Assembly (NCBI GenBank): GCA_964016885.1
Contig: OZ024741.1
Span: forward strand, 34,534,001 to 34,598,000
DNA length: 64,000 nt
Reading direction: 5' to 3'
Source: Eledone cirrhosa
Taxonomy: Eukaryota
Within the stretch, counting starts at the first letter, position 1. The number at the start of each line of letters is the position of its first letter. Positions 35,758 through 47,788 of the stretch are shown piece after piece. The notes beneath the pieces are model-generated. The model did no database searches and was not told where the DNA came from. It saw only the letters and a program-made list of their open reading frames with translations. The position numbers were made by a program, and so were the translations under genes.

Positions 35758-37304
35758 ATCATCATCATCATCATCATCACCGTTTTACGTCCGTTCTTCC
35801 ACGCTAGCATGGGTTAGACGGGTTGTCCTGTTGTGGGCAGTGTCTGGTCGGCTGACCATGCCTTGCTCATACAGGAACTGATCTGGCTTGATTTCTACAG
35901 CTGGATGCCCTTCCTAACACCAACCTCATTTACAGTGAGTGCTGGGTGCTTTTTCGTGGCGCCTACACGTCCACTTTACAGTGTGGGCTGGGTGCTTTTT
36001 TGCCGTGGCACCTCCACGACCACCTTGCGGTGGGGGGGGGGGGGGGCATATTGTTTATATGCTTCAGCATGTACCCATGGGAGGTCGGGTACCCTGTATT
36101 ACTGCGTGACGCCAGAAGTCACGGTCGTGTGTCATTGACTTTGAGAGGTGTAGTTGGGTAAGGTCGGCTCTTATCACCTCATCCCAAGTCATCTTGGGTC
36201 TCCCCACTCCGCGGTTTCCATCAACTTCTAGTGCTCTGCACCTTTTTATGCAGCTGTCATCCTTCATACGCATCACATGTCCATACCAGCGTAACCGCCT
36301 CTCCTGCACGCAGCATTTGATTCCTCTTATGCTCAGTCTCTCTCTCAATTCATTTATGCTTTGTCGTTCACGTATATTACTGTTACACATCCATCGGAGC
36401 ATGCAGGCTTCGTTTCTCTCTAATCTACGTAAGTCTTCCACCTTCAGCGCCCAGGTCTCACTACCATGCAACATCGCTGTTCGGATACACGCATCATACA
36501 GTCTGCCTTTCATTCTGAGGGAGAAGCCTTTTGCAGCTAGCAGTGGTAGTAGTTCCCTAAACTTCTTCCATCCCGTTCTTACCCTAGTTATTGTACTTTC
36601 TGAGCACCCACCTCCGTTGCTAATTCGGTCACCTAGGTAGCAGAAGCTGTCTACTGTTTCTACAGGGCCCTCCCAGAGATTGGTGGTACTTGTTTCCTGT
36701 GGCTGTTTGCTTGCTGTTTCAGCACAGCTGCTGCATGTGAATCCTACATTCTTAATTAAGCTTCCTGAGATCCCGCTACATCTCTTGTGTACCCATTGTT
36801 TGCATTTGGGGCAAAGAATGGAGTTCCTACCTACACCTTTCCTACATACTGAGCAAGGCCATTTCCCTGAGGGGATCTGGGTTCTGTTTTCTCGTCTACT
36901 TATAAGGACCTTAGTCTTTGTCATGTTGACTTTGAGGCCCTTTCTCTCTAGTCCCTGCTTCCAGGTTTGGAATTTATTCTCTAGTTCTACCATAGATTCA
37001 GCTATGAGTGCGAGGTCATCAGCATACAGGAGTTCCCATGGGCATCCGGTCTTAAACTCCTCCGTTATTGCCTGCAGGACTATGATGAACAGGAGAGGGC
37101 TAAGAACAGAGCCCTGGTGGACCCCAACCTGTACGCTAAATTCCTCGCTATACTCATTGCCAATCCTAACTTTGCTGACTGCTCCCCTATACATGGCTTG
37201 TACCGCTTTCACAAGCCATTCATCTACTCCTAGTTTTCTAAGAGCCCACCAGATTACTGCACGTGGAACTCTGTCAAAGGCTTTCTCAAGGTCGACAAAT
37301 GCCA
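35758..37304 (-). mobile_element. 5'-truncated RTE-type LINE (RT, internal PHD-like finger, (GAT)n tail)
   Basis: 413-aa ORF with DLEKAFDRVPR, GVHQGSVLSP, LLYADDL and LRWYGHVMR. Flanked by (TA)n. Confidence 0.9.
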
Positions 37305-37676
37305 TAATTATATATATATATATAATTATATATATATATATAATTATATATATATATATAATTATATATATATAATTATATATATATAATTATATATATA
37401 TAATTATATATATATAATTATATATATATAATTATATATATATATATATAATTATATATATATATAATTATATATATATATATAATTATATATATATATA
37501 TAATTATATATATATATATAATTATATATATATAATTATATATATATATATAATTATATATATATATATAATTATATATATATAATTATATATATATATA
37601 ATTATATATATATATATAATTATATATATATATATAATTATATATATATATAATTATATATAATTATATATATATA

Positions 37677-37729
<53 letters not shown>

Positions 37730-37825
37730 ATATATATATATAATTATATATATATAATTATATATATATAATTATATATATATAATTATATATATATATA
37801 TATAATTATATATATATATATATAA

Positions 37826-40399
37826 TAACCGACTGTGACTATATAATTATTGCTGGCGACCTAAATGGCCACGTTGGCCAACATTGTGACGGCTATGACG
37901 GAATCCACGGAGGCTATGGGTTTGGTACTAGAAATGAGGAAGGCTCCAGAATCCTGGAATTCAGTGACCCAAATAACCTAACTATCTGTAACACTAACTT
38001 CAAAAAACGAGACAATCACTTGATCACCTACAGATCAGGGGAACACGCCAATCAGATAGATTATATTCTTACCAGAAGACGTGACAGAGTGTCTGTTGTA
38101 AACACTAAATCCCACTCCCATGAAGAATGCACCTCCCAACATAGACTGATAATTAGCGACCTCATAGTCAGGACGAGATGTACTCGACAGCAGAAGAGGA
38201 CTATCCTCAGGAGAAAAATATGGAAGCTAAAGGACCCCACAGCCAGAAATAAATTTAAAAGCATATTACTTGATGCTTTCGACAGTAAGGAAGAGCAATT
38301 AGAGTCGTACAATATAGAGGAACAGTGGGAATTCCTGAAAGCAAACCTGCTGATGGCGGCAGACGAAGTCTGTGGCTGGAGCAGGCCTGTAGGCAGTATA
38401 ATAAGTAAGGCAATCAAAGATATGAAGACGGGTAAGGCGGCTGGGCCTTCGGAAATAGTTGCTGAGATGCTGAAATCCTCCGGATAGTAAACCAAGTCAT
38501 ACAGAATGGGGTTGTTCCGAAGGACTGGCATAGCATCATCATCATTAACTGCTACAAGGGTAAAGGAGACGCCCTAGATAGGAGTAACTATAGAGGCATT
38601 AAATTAATCGACCAGGTCATGAAGGTCACGGAAAAAGTAATAGCGCAACTAATCAGAGAGAGAATTGATCTAGATGAAATGCAGTTCGGGTTTGTGTCAG
38701 GCAAAAGTACCACAGACGCTCTTTTCATTGTACGACAACTACAGGAGAAGTACCTAGCTAAAAGTAAACCCCTATACTTAGCTTTCGTCGACTTGGAGAA
38801 ATCCTTCGACAGAGTCCCCCGTTCCATTATCTGGTGGGCTCTTAGAAAACTAGGTGTTGATGAATGGCTTGTGAGAGCTATACAAGCCATGTATAAAGAA
38901 ACAGTCAGCAAGGTTAGAATTAATAACGAATATAGTGAAGAGTTTAGCGTAAAAGTTGGTGTTCATCAGGGCTCTGTTCTTAGCCCCCTACTATTTATTA
39001 TTGCCCTTCAGGCTATAACAGTGGAGTTCAAGACCGGCTGCCCATGGGAACTCCTATACGCAGATGATCTAACGCTCATAGCTGAATCAATGGCCGAGCT
39101 AGAGAAGAAATTCCAAACATGGAAGCACGGCCTAGAATCAAAAGGCCTTAAAATTAACCTGGCTAAGACTAAAGTTCTAGTTTGTAGGAAAGAAAATAAG
39201 GCGCCGGTCCCTTCCGGGAAATGGCCATGCTCAGTGTGTAGGAAAGGCGTAGGTAGAAACTCCATTTTATGTCCCAAATGCAAAGTATGGGTGCATAAAA
39301 GATGTAGTGGGATCATAGGTAAGCTAACTAAGAACATAGATTTTACATATGGCCGGTGCTCTGGTGCAATAAGTAGCAGCAAGTGCCCAAAAAATACTAG
39401 CTCTTTCAATTGCGCAGAGGGTTCTATAGAAATAGTGGACAGCTTCCGTTACCTGGGTGACAAAATCAGCAGTGGGGGAGGGTGCTCTGAAAGACAGTAG
39501 CTAGAGTCAGAACTGGATGGAAAAAGTTCAGAGAGCTTATACCACTATTAGCCGCTAAAGGGTTCTCCCTAAAAATGAAAGGCAGGTTGTATGATGCCTG
39601 CATACGACCAGCAATGTTGCATGGCAGTGAGACCTGGGCATTGTGTGCAGAGGATATACGCAGACTAGAGAGGAACGAAGCTTGCATGCTCCGCTGGATG
39701 TGTAATAGTAATATACGCGAACGGCAAAGCATAAACGAACTAAGGGAAAAATTAGAAATAAGAGGGATCAGATGTTGTTTACTCGAGAGAAGGCTACGTT
39801 GGTATGGTCACGTAATGCGCATGAAAGACGACAGCTGTATAAAAAAGTGCAGGGCAATAAAGATAGACGGTAGCCACGGAGTAGGCAGACCCAGAAAAAC
39901 CTGGGACGACCTGATAAACTCCGACCTCACACACTTACACCTCTCCAAGACAATGTCACTGGACCGAGATCTTTGGCGGCACTCAGTAATAGAGAAGACC
40001 CGCCTTACCTAAATACAAAGTAAAACCTACCACAGTCAGTAGGCATCTCTAACAAAATACACCCCCGTCCAACCACCCCCCATCCACACCGCCCCTTTCA
40101 ATGTAAAGTTATGTTGGTGCCACAACATCCAGGCCGAAACAAATGAGATCGTGTAGGTGTCACGACAAAAAAACACACAGTCCACGCTGTAATGTGGCCG
40201 TGTAGGCAACACGGTAAAAACCTCCCAGCCCCACACTGTAAATGTGGTTGGTGTTAGGCAGGGCATCCAGCTGTAGAAAACCCGCCAGACAGTCCTATGC
40301 GAGCAAGACAACCACTCTTGCCTCAAGTGGGAAAACTCCCGTCCAAACCCATGCAAGTGTGGAACATGGACGTTAAACGATGATGATGATGATGATGAT
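37826..40399 (+). mobile_element. RTE-type LINE fragment (partial APE, internal deletion, frameshifted RT)
   Basis: GDLNGHVG and QIDYIL APE motifs; RT ORFs 38619-39500 and 39575-40012; (GAT)n tail. Confidence 0.9.
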
Positions 40400-40783
40400 A
40401 TATATATATCATTTTATCATCATCATGAGATACCATTATTTAAAAGATTGTTTAATGTTTACTTGTTCCGCTCATATTTACAGTTCTGGTATCTCAAATT
40501 AGTACCATAGAACAACCACTATTATAGACACCATATATATTTCCGTGGGTACCTAGTACCTACTGGGATATCTATATCATTTATCTAATTCTCCTTAATG
40601 TAGAGAAAAAATGCTGTATCATGCTGCTATTTCTAGCAGCATGAAATATCAGCGAGTCTATAATTCCCGCTTTTTCTAACGGTCCAATAAGTGTGTGCGT
40701 CATTTTAACGGCTTGATTCATTCACAGGGCAGAGGGTGATACATCTACATCTATACGGACTTATGTGTAGTAGATTTGGAAAA

Positions 40784-40863
40784 GCTATCTGAAGAGCTAT
40801 ATCTTTCCATTGGAAATTCTCTGAATTTCCAATCTTTTGATAAGCGAAACCGTCGGTCATGGC
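40784..40863 (+). ncRNA. Type-I hammerhead ribozyme
   Basis: GCUAU-CUGAAGA-GCU...AUUGGAAAUU cucug AAUUUCCAAU...AGC-GAAA-CCGUCGG-UC-AUGGC; predicted cleavage after GUC at 40858. Confidence 0.82.
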
Positions 40864-40933
40864 ACGAGAAGAGGTAAATATTTAAATCGTATTTTAATTT
40901 ATTTAAAAGATTGTTTAATGTTTACTTGTTCCG

Positions 40934-40970
<37 letters not shown>

Positions 40971-40974
<4 letters not shown>

Positions 40975-42698
40975 GTATATAGAGGTATAAAGTTGATGGA
41001 CCACGTCATGAAAGTAACAGAAAGAGTTATAGCACAGTTGATTAGGGACCGGGTGAAAATAGACGAGATGCAATTTGGGTTTGTACCAGGAAGAGGCACC
41101 ACTGATGCCCTCTTCCTTGTGAGGCAATTACAGGAAAAGTACTTAGCTAAAAGTAAGCCACTCTACTTGGCATTTGTCGACCTTGAGAAAGCCTTTGACA
41201 GAGTTCCACGTGCTGTAATCTGGTGGGCTCTTAGAAAACTAGGAGTAGATGAATGGCTTGTGAAAGCGGTACAAGCCATGTATAGGGGAGCAGTCAGCAA
41301 AGTTAGGATTAGCAATGAGTATAGCGAGGAATTTAGCGTACAGGTTGGGGTCCACCAGGGCTCTGTTCTTAGCCTCCTCCTGTTCATCATAGTCCTGCAG
41401 GCAATAACGGAGGAGTTTAAGACCGGATGCCCATGGGAACTCCTGTATGCTGATGACCTCACACTCATAGCTGAATCTATGGTAGAACTAGAGAAGAAAT
41501 TCCAAACTTGATAGCAGGGACTAGAAAGAAAGGGTCTCAAAGTCAACATGACAAAGACTAAGGTCCTTGTAAGTAGACGAGAAAACAGAACCCAGATCCC
41601 CTCAGAGAAATGGCCTTGCTCAGTATGTAGGAAAGGTATAGGTAGGAACTCCATTCTCTGCCCCAAATGCAAACAATGGGTACACAAGAGATGTAGCGGG
41701 ATCTCAGGAAGCTTAATTAAGAATGTAGGCTTCACATGCAGCAGCTGTGCTGAGACAGCAAGTAGCAAACAGCCACAGGAAACAAGTACCACCAATCTCT
41801 GGGAGGGCTCTGTAGAAACAGTAGACAGCTTCTGCTACCTAGGTGACTGAATTAGCAGCGGAGGTGGGTGTTCAGAAAGTACAATAACTAGGGTAAGAAT
41901 GGGATGGAAGAAGTTTAGAGAACTACTACCACTGCTAGCTGCAAAAGGCTTCTCCCTCAGAATGAAAGGCAGACTGTATGATGCGTGTATCCAAACAGCA
42001 ATGTTGCATGGTAGTGAGACCTGGGCGCTGAAGGTGGAAGACTTACGTAGATTAGAGAGAAACAAAGCCTGCATGCTCCGATGGATGTGGTAACAGTAAT
42101 ATACGTGAACGACAAAGCATAAATGAATTGAGAGAGAGATTGAGCATAAGAGGAATCAAATGCTGTGTGCAGGAGAGGCAGTTGCGCTGGTAAGGACATG
42201 TGATGCGTATGAAGGATGACAGCTGCATAAAAAGGTGCAGAGCACTAGAAGTTGATGGAAACCGCGGAGTGGGGAGACCCAAGATGACCTTACCCAATTA
42301 CACCTCTCAAAGGCAATGACACACGACCGTGACTTCTGGCGTCACGCAGTAATACAGAGTACCCGACCTCCCATGGGTACAAGCTGAAGCATATAGACAA
42401 TATGCCCCCACACACCCCACCGCAAGGTGGTCGTGGAGGTGCCACGGCAAAAAAGCACCCAGCCCACACTGTAAAGTGGACGTGTAGGCGCCACGAAAAA
42501 GCACCCAGCACTCACTGTAAATGAGGTTGGTGTTAGGAAGGGCATCCAGCTGTAGAAATCAAGCCAGATCAGTTCCTGTATGAGCAAGGCATGGTCAGCC
42601 GACCAGACACTGCCCACAACAGGACAACCTGTCTAACCCATGCTAGCATGGAAGAACGGACGTAAAACGGTGATGATGATGATGATGATGATGATGAT
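40971..42698 (+). mobile_element. 5'-truncated RTE-type LINE with stop codons
   Basis: Near-identical, inverted relative of 35758-37304; (GAT)n tail. Confidence 0.9.
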
Positions 42699-43454
42699 AT
42701 ATTATCATGACTTGTATGTAACTGCTCAACAAAATGTTGGATGTAGTTTCAACTTAAATATTTAACAAAAAAATTAATTCTTTCAGAAGAAAATTTCCCA
42801 TTTCTTTTCTTTTTTATTTGTCTTCTAATCTTTAGAATAAATTATGAGTTAACTCCTTTGATATCAACCAGGCCAAAACTGGTTCTCGTTCTATGAAAAA
42901 AAAACCTACTTATTTGAAAGTTTCTATCTAAATTCAAATATTCCTACATAATTTTTTATAAGAGCCATATGTTATGTTACTGTAAATAATGAAATAATAA
43001 ATAATTTTAGTAACTCCGTAAACATTTTTCATTAATCCTTGAAATTGTGCCTGATTTTATGAAACAAAGCTGTTTATATTTATCTAAAAACCTTCCAACA
43101 TAATTTTATATAGGAACTTTTGTTAAGTTATGTTCCAAATGCCAGCTTAAAATGAGAAAGTACATTAGATTACTAAATATCTCTAAATTCTTGATTATTT
43201 CCAAAATTATTTGTCTCACATTGGAAATATAGTAACAGAAGGGTTAATCAATTAAATTAGATTGTATTTCATTAGAAATATGACCATGAAAAGGTTAGAA
43301 CTGGTTTACCACATTATTAAAATTATTCAAAATTATTGGGTTGTCAAGTATGAAATTTGTGGTGAGGCATATGGTCATATATTTTTTTAAATACAAATTT
43401 CATACCTGACAACCCAATAAAAAGAACAAAAACTCAAAAATAAAAGCTTCTTAC

Positions 43455-43642
43455 CTCTGCTACATGTAGCGGAGTGCTGTGGCAGTTATCCAGGCGGAGT
43501 GCATCAGCAAACCGAGCTGTAGTTTCCACATATTTCTTCATAAAGTCCCAGAGGAAAGGACAATCCTCAGGTTGGTTACCATAGCGTAGCTTAATACTGT
43601 CGCCCCAAACAATCAGTTCACGCCGCAAGTAGATATTACTAC
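43455..43642 (-). CDS. AGL: AGL exon (188 nt) with the glucanotransferase nucleophile motif
   Basis: ttacag acceptor, gtaag donor. Encodes [21 protein letters not shown]...[14 protein letters not shown]. Confidence 0.96.
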
Positions 43643-44102
43643 CTGTAACAACAGTAGGATTGTTGTAATAGAGGAGAGAGAATGAAAAGAGGAAAAAGAC
43701 TGAAACTAGGGTAGGGACAAGAGAGAGGTTGAACGGAAAGAAGGTGAGAGAAACAGAGAGAAGACCAGGGCCATATTATTCATAAGGCTAATTAGGCTGA
43801 AGCCTATAGGCCTTGCAGGGATTAGGAGTCTATCAATTTTTTCTTGTGTAGTTGAGTGAAAGACTGAAGAGCCAGAGGTAGCATGAAATATCTGAAAACC
43901 TAGAGGTCAGGTCATGGGTTAATACGGCCCAGGGGAAACAATTAGAAAGTGTAAAGAACATAGAGAAACTGAGAATGGTGGGAGAACTTTGGAAGAAGAA
44001 AGAAGTGAGGCGAGTTAAGAAGAAAGTGAGAGTGATCGTAATGGAAGAAATGGAAACAAGATAAAGGATAGGAGAGAGATAAGAAGAGAAGAAAAAGAAA
44101 AG

Positions 44103-44253
44103 CATACATGTGTGTATGTGTCTGTGTGTATATCATGACTCATACACTGTTCACTTTCCTGACATTTGTTCATTATTCAATGTACTATACCTGCACATTT
44201 GATAAGTTGTAGTGCACCTGAGCACTACTAAACAATTTTCATTATTATTATTA
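44103..44253 (+). mobile_element. Short 3'-end fragment of the same CR1-like family
   Basis: Matches the 3' UTR of the 47.8-kb copy. Perfect hairpin GTAGTGC-ACCTGA-GCACTAC (44209-44228) followed by (ATT)n. Confidence 0.8.
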
Positions 44254-44335
44254 ATTTTTTTAGAGAATGTAAAGAGATTTTGAAAGCTAGAAGGAGGAGA
44301 GTGTGGCTGAATGAGACTGAGGATATGATAAAGAA

Positions 44336-44398
<63 letters not shown>

Positions 44399-44590
44399 TA
44401 GACAGATAGATAGGTGGGTAGATTGATAGACATAGAAAAATAGACAAATAGATAGATAGAAAGATAGATATATAGATGAATAAACAAATAAATGGATAAA
44501 CAATTAGATTGATAAAGAGATAGGTGGATAAATAGCTAGATAGATAAATGGTTGGATGGATATATAGATAGATAAATAGATAGTTAAGAT
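44336..44590. repeat. (GACA)n followed by degenerate (GATA)n
   Basis: Direct reading. Confidence 0.9.
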
Positions 44591-44679
44591 GTGTGTGGGA
44601 TGGGTGGGGGAGAAAAGATGAGGAAAAGAGTCAGCTGGGGAGAGATATGAAGAAAGAATTGAGGGAAATATTTGCTCAC

Positions 44680-44819
44680 CTGCTTCAGCAAAATTTTGTA
44701 ATGGATTGTCACCCATCACCCATCCATTGCATGCCATCACATATTTGGCATTGTCAGAGAAAATCATCTTTTCTTCATTGTGTACAGAACTCTCCAAATG
44801 AGATGGAAAAACAAAATAG
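44680..44819 (-). CDS. AGL: AGL exon (140 nt)
   Basis: ttgccag acceptor, gtgagc donor. Encodes YFVFP...MACNGWVMGDNPLQNFAEA; NGWVMGD is conserved in AGL. Confidence 0.93.
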
Positions 44820-45452
44820 CTGGCAAGAAGAGGAGAGGAAATTTATATTTGAAAAAACTTGCATTTTTCTGTTTTCTTTTTTTTTCATAGTTTTGGCAGG
44901 GTTGTTTTCTAGCTGAATACTTTTTCCAATCATCAACCACTTTACAATATTAACTGGATACATTTTATTGTGCCACCAGCACTAGAGAGATTGTCTGACA
45001 GGACTGAAAGGTTCTCTCTGCCCTGTATCTTTTTTTATTCAGAGTGACTACTTGATGTGCTGTCTTCACTAAACTTATGGAGCCCATGTCTACACTGCAT
45101 TTAAACAAATTAGTTGAATGAAAATGTTTTTCATTCAAAATTGTACTTGTCTGTCAAGTAACTTGATCTGAGACCATATGTTGAAACTAAAACAATTACA
45201 TCATGAAAGAATCATGCTAGCCATTAAAAAAAACACATGCAAACTGTTAAATTCACTTTACATTTATCAATTCTTTCTTGGTGTCAAAAGTGTCAACACT
45301 GTTTACCTGCAAACCTCTCTGAAATCACAAGTATACATTAAATCACATATATACATTTCTATATACATTTCTAAAAACATTCTATGTACAAAAAAGGAAA
45401 AAGAAATGAAAGAAAAGAATGTAAATAACCTATATAAATGTTTATAACATAA

Positions 45453-46827
45453 ATCATCATCATCATCATCATCATCATCAGGTTTAGTGTCCGTGTTCCA
45501 CGCTTGCATGGGTTTGGACGGGGGTTTTCCCACTTGAGGCAAGAGTGGTTGTCTTGCTCGCATAGGACTGTCTGGCGGGTTTTCTACAGTTGGATGCCCT
45601 TCCTAACACCAACCACATTTACAGTGTGGGGCTGGGAGGTTTTTACCGTGTTGCCTACACGGCCACATTACAGTGTGGACTGTCTGGCGGGTTTCTACAG
45701 CTGGATGCCCTTCCTAACACCAACCACATTTACAGTGTGGGGCTGGGAGGTTTTTACCGTGTTGCCTACACGACCACATTTACAGCGTGGACTGTGTGTT
45801 TTTTTGTCGTGACACCTACACGATCTCATTTGTTTCGGCCTGGATGTTGTGGGACCAACATAACTTTACATTGAAAGGGGCGGTGTGGTGGGACGGGGGG
45901 GTGTTTTGATAGAGATGCCTACTGACTGTAGTAGGTTTTTACTTTGTATTTAGGTAAGGCGGGTCTTCTCTATTACTGAGTACCGCCAAAGGTCTCGGTC
46001 CAGTGACATTGTCTTGGAGAGGTGTAAGCGTGTGAGGTCGGAATTTATCAGCTCGTGCCATGTTTTTCTGGGTCTGCCTATTCCGTGGCTACCGTCTATC
46101 TTTATTGCCCTGCACTTTGTTATACAGCTGTCGTCTTTCATGCGCATCACGTGACCATACCAACGTAGCCTTCTCTCGAGTAAACAACATCTGATCCCTC
46201 TTATTTCTAATTTTTTCCTTAGTTCGTTTATGCTTTGCCGTTCACGTATATTACTATTGCACATCCAGCGGAGCATGCAAGCTTCGTTCCTCTCTAGTCT
46301 GCGTATATCCTCTGCACACAATGCCCAAGTTTCACTGCCATGCAGCATTGCTGTTCGTATGCAGGCATCGTATAACCTGCCTTTCATTTTAGGGAGAACC
46401 CTCTAGCGGCTAATAGTGGTATAAGCTCTCTGAACTTTTTCCATCCAGTTCTGACTCTAGCTACTGTACTTTCAGAGCACCCTCCCCCACTGCTGATTTT
46501 GTCACCCAGGTAACGGAAGCTGTCCACTATTTCTATAGAACCCTCTGCGCAGTTGAAGGAGCTAGTATTTTGTGGGCACTTGCTGCTACTTATTGCACCA
46601 GAGCACCGGCCACATGTAAAATCTATGTTCTTAGTTAGCTTACCTGTGATCCCACTACATCTTTTATGCACCCATACTTTGCATTTGGGACATAAAATGG
46701 AGTTTCTACCTACGCCTTTCCTACACACTGAGCATGGCCATTTCCCAGATGGGACTGCCGCCTTATTTTCTTTCCTACAAACTAGAACTTTAGTCTTAGC
46801 CAGGTTAATTTTAAGGCCTTTGGATTC
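45453..46827 (-). mobile_element. 5'-truncated RTE-type LINE inserted in the left arm of a large inverted repeat
   Basis: Near-identical, inverted relative of about 39135-40399. (CAT)n on the + strand at 45453. Confidence 0.9.
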
Positions 46828-47788
46828 ATGCTTAGGATTATCCTGAATGCAGTAATGGTTAATTACTGCACTAGATAGAGTCGACGTACGGTGAGGGGTT
46901 ACCAAACGAGTTACAAAAGAACAGTTAAAGAAACTTGGTTTCCCATTCTTCTATATTCCGGAGTGTAGATAAAGAATGATTAATAAAACAGGTAGACATC
47001 ATAAAAAGGTAATTTATTCCAAGTGTTTACAAATGTTTCTTTAGTAGTTACACAGCCTAGTCATGCTATATGCAAATTGGTAGTTATTAATTTGCATATA
47101 CTCAATTTTCAAATGCTGTTCGCACCACCAAATCTTCAGAACGAATGGCTGAATTATGGTTTCTTTATATTTCTTAAAGGGAGTAATTGAGGAAGATAGA
47201 GTAGAAAAGGAAGAGAGAAAGAAAGGGAGAGGGAGAGAGAGATAGAGAGAGATAGATATGTAGGGGTAGGAGAAATGGGAGAGAGTGGTTTGAAGAATAC
47301 AGATAGCTTAATCTAAATGTTGTGATAGGGGTCCAATAAGTGGTTTTATTATACTTCTTACTCTCAAAGTGACAACTTAGGCATTGTGTTGATATTATCA
47401 AGTTTGGAATTATTTATTGCTACAGAGAGCAGGTTAATAGATGTAGAGAAGGAGGGAGATAGAGAGAGAGAGAGAGAGAGAGAGAAAGAAAGAGAGAGAG
47501 AGAGGAGACAGAAAAAAGTTAAGAGAAGGGGAAGGAAAGGCGATATACAGTCGATAGTTGTAGTTTGCTGATCGTACTTAAGTATCCATTTATTACGATA
47601 AGCAAGGTACTGGTTAGTAGTTTGTGTGTGTGTGGGGGGGGGGGATATAGTTAGGAAGTAAGTTTTGAGTGAAATTATTTAGCGAGAAAGTGGTGGAATA
47701 GTCCTGGGTTCAAATTATGTTAAGTTACTTTTATAGTGAGAAAATTTAGCCTTCAGTTTGTGGTTGCAGTATAACGATCATTCGATTC

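Noticed and set aside
36194-37375. Antisense ORFs over LINE RT regions (also 24225-25891, 41163-41795, 48415-49026)
   Set aside because: Shadow frames of the RT coding strand, with no independent motifs.
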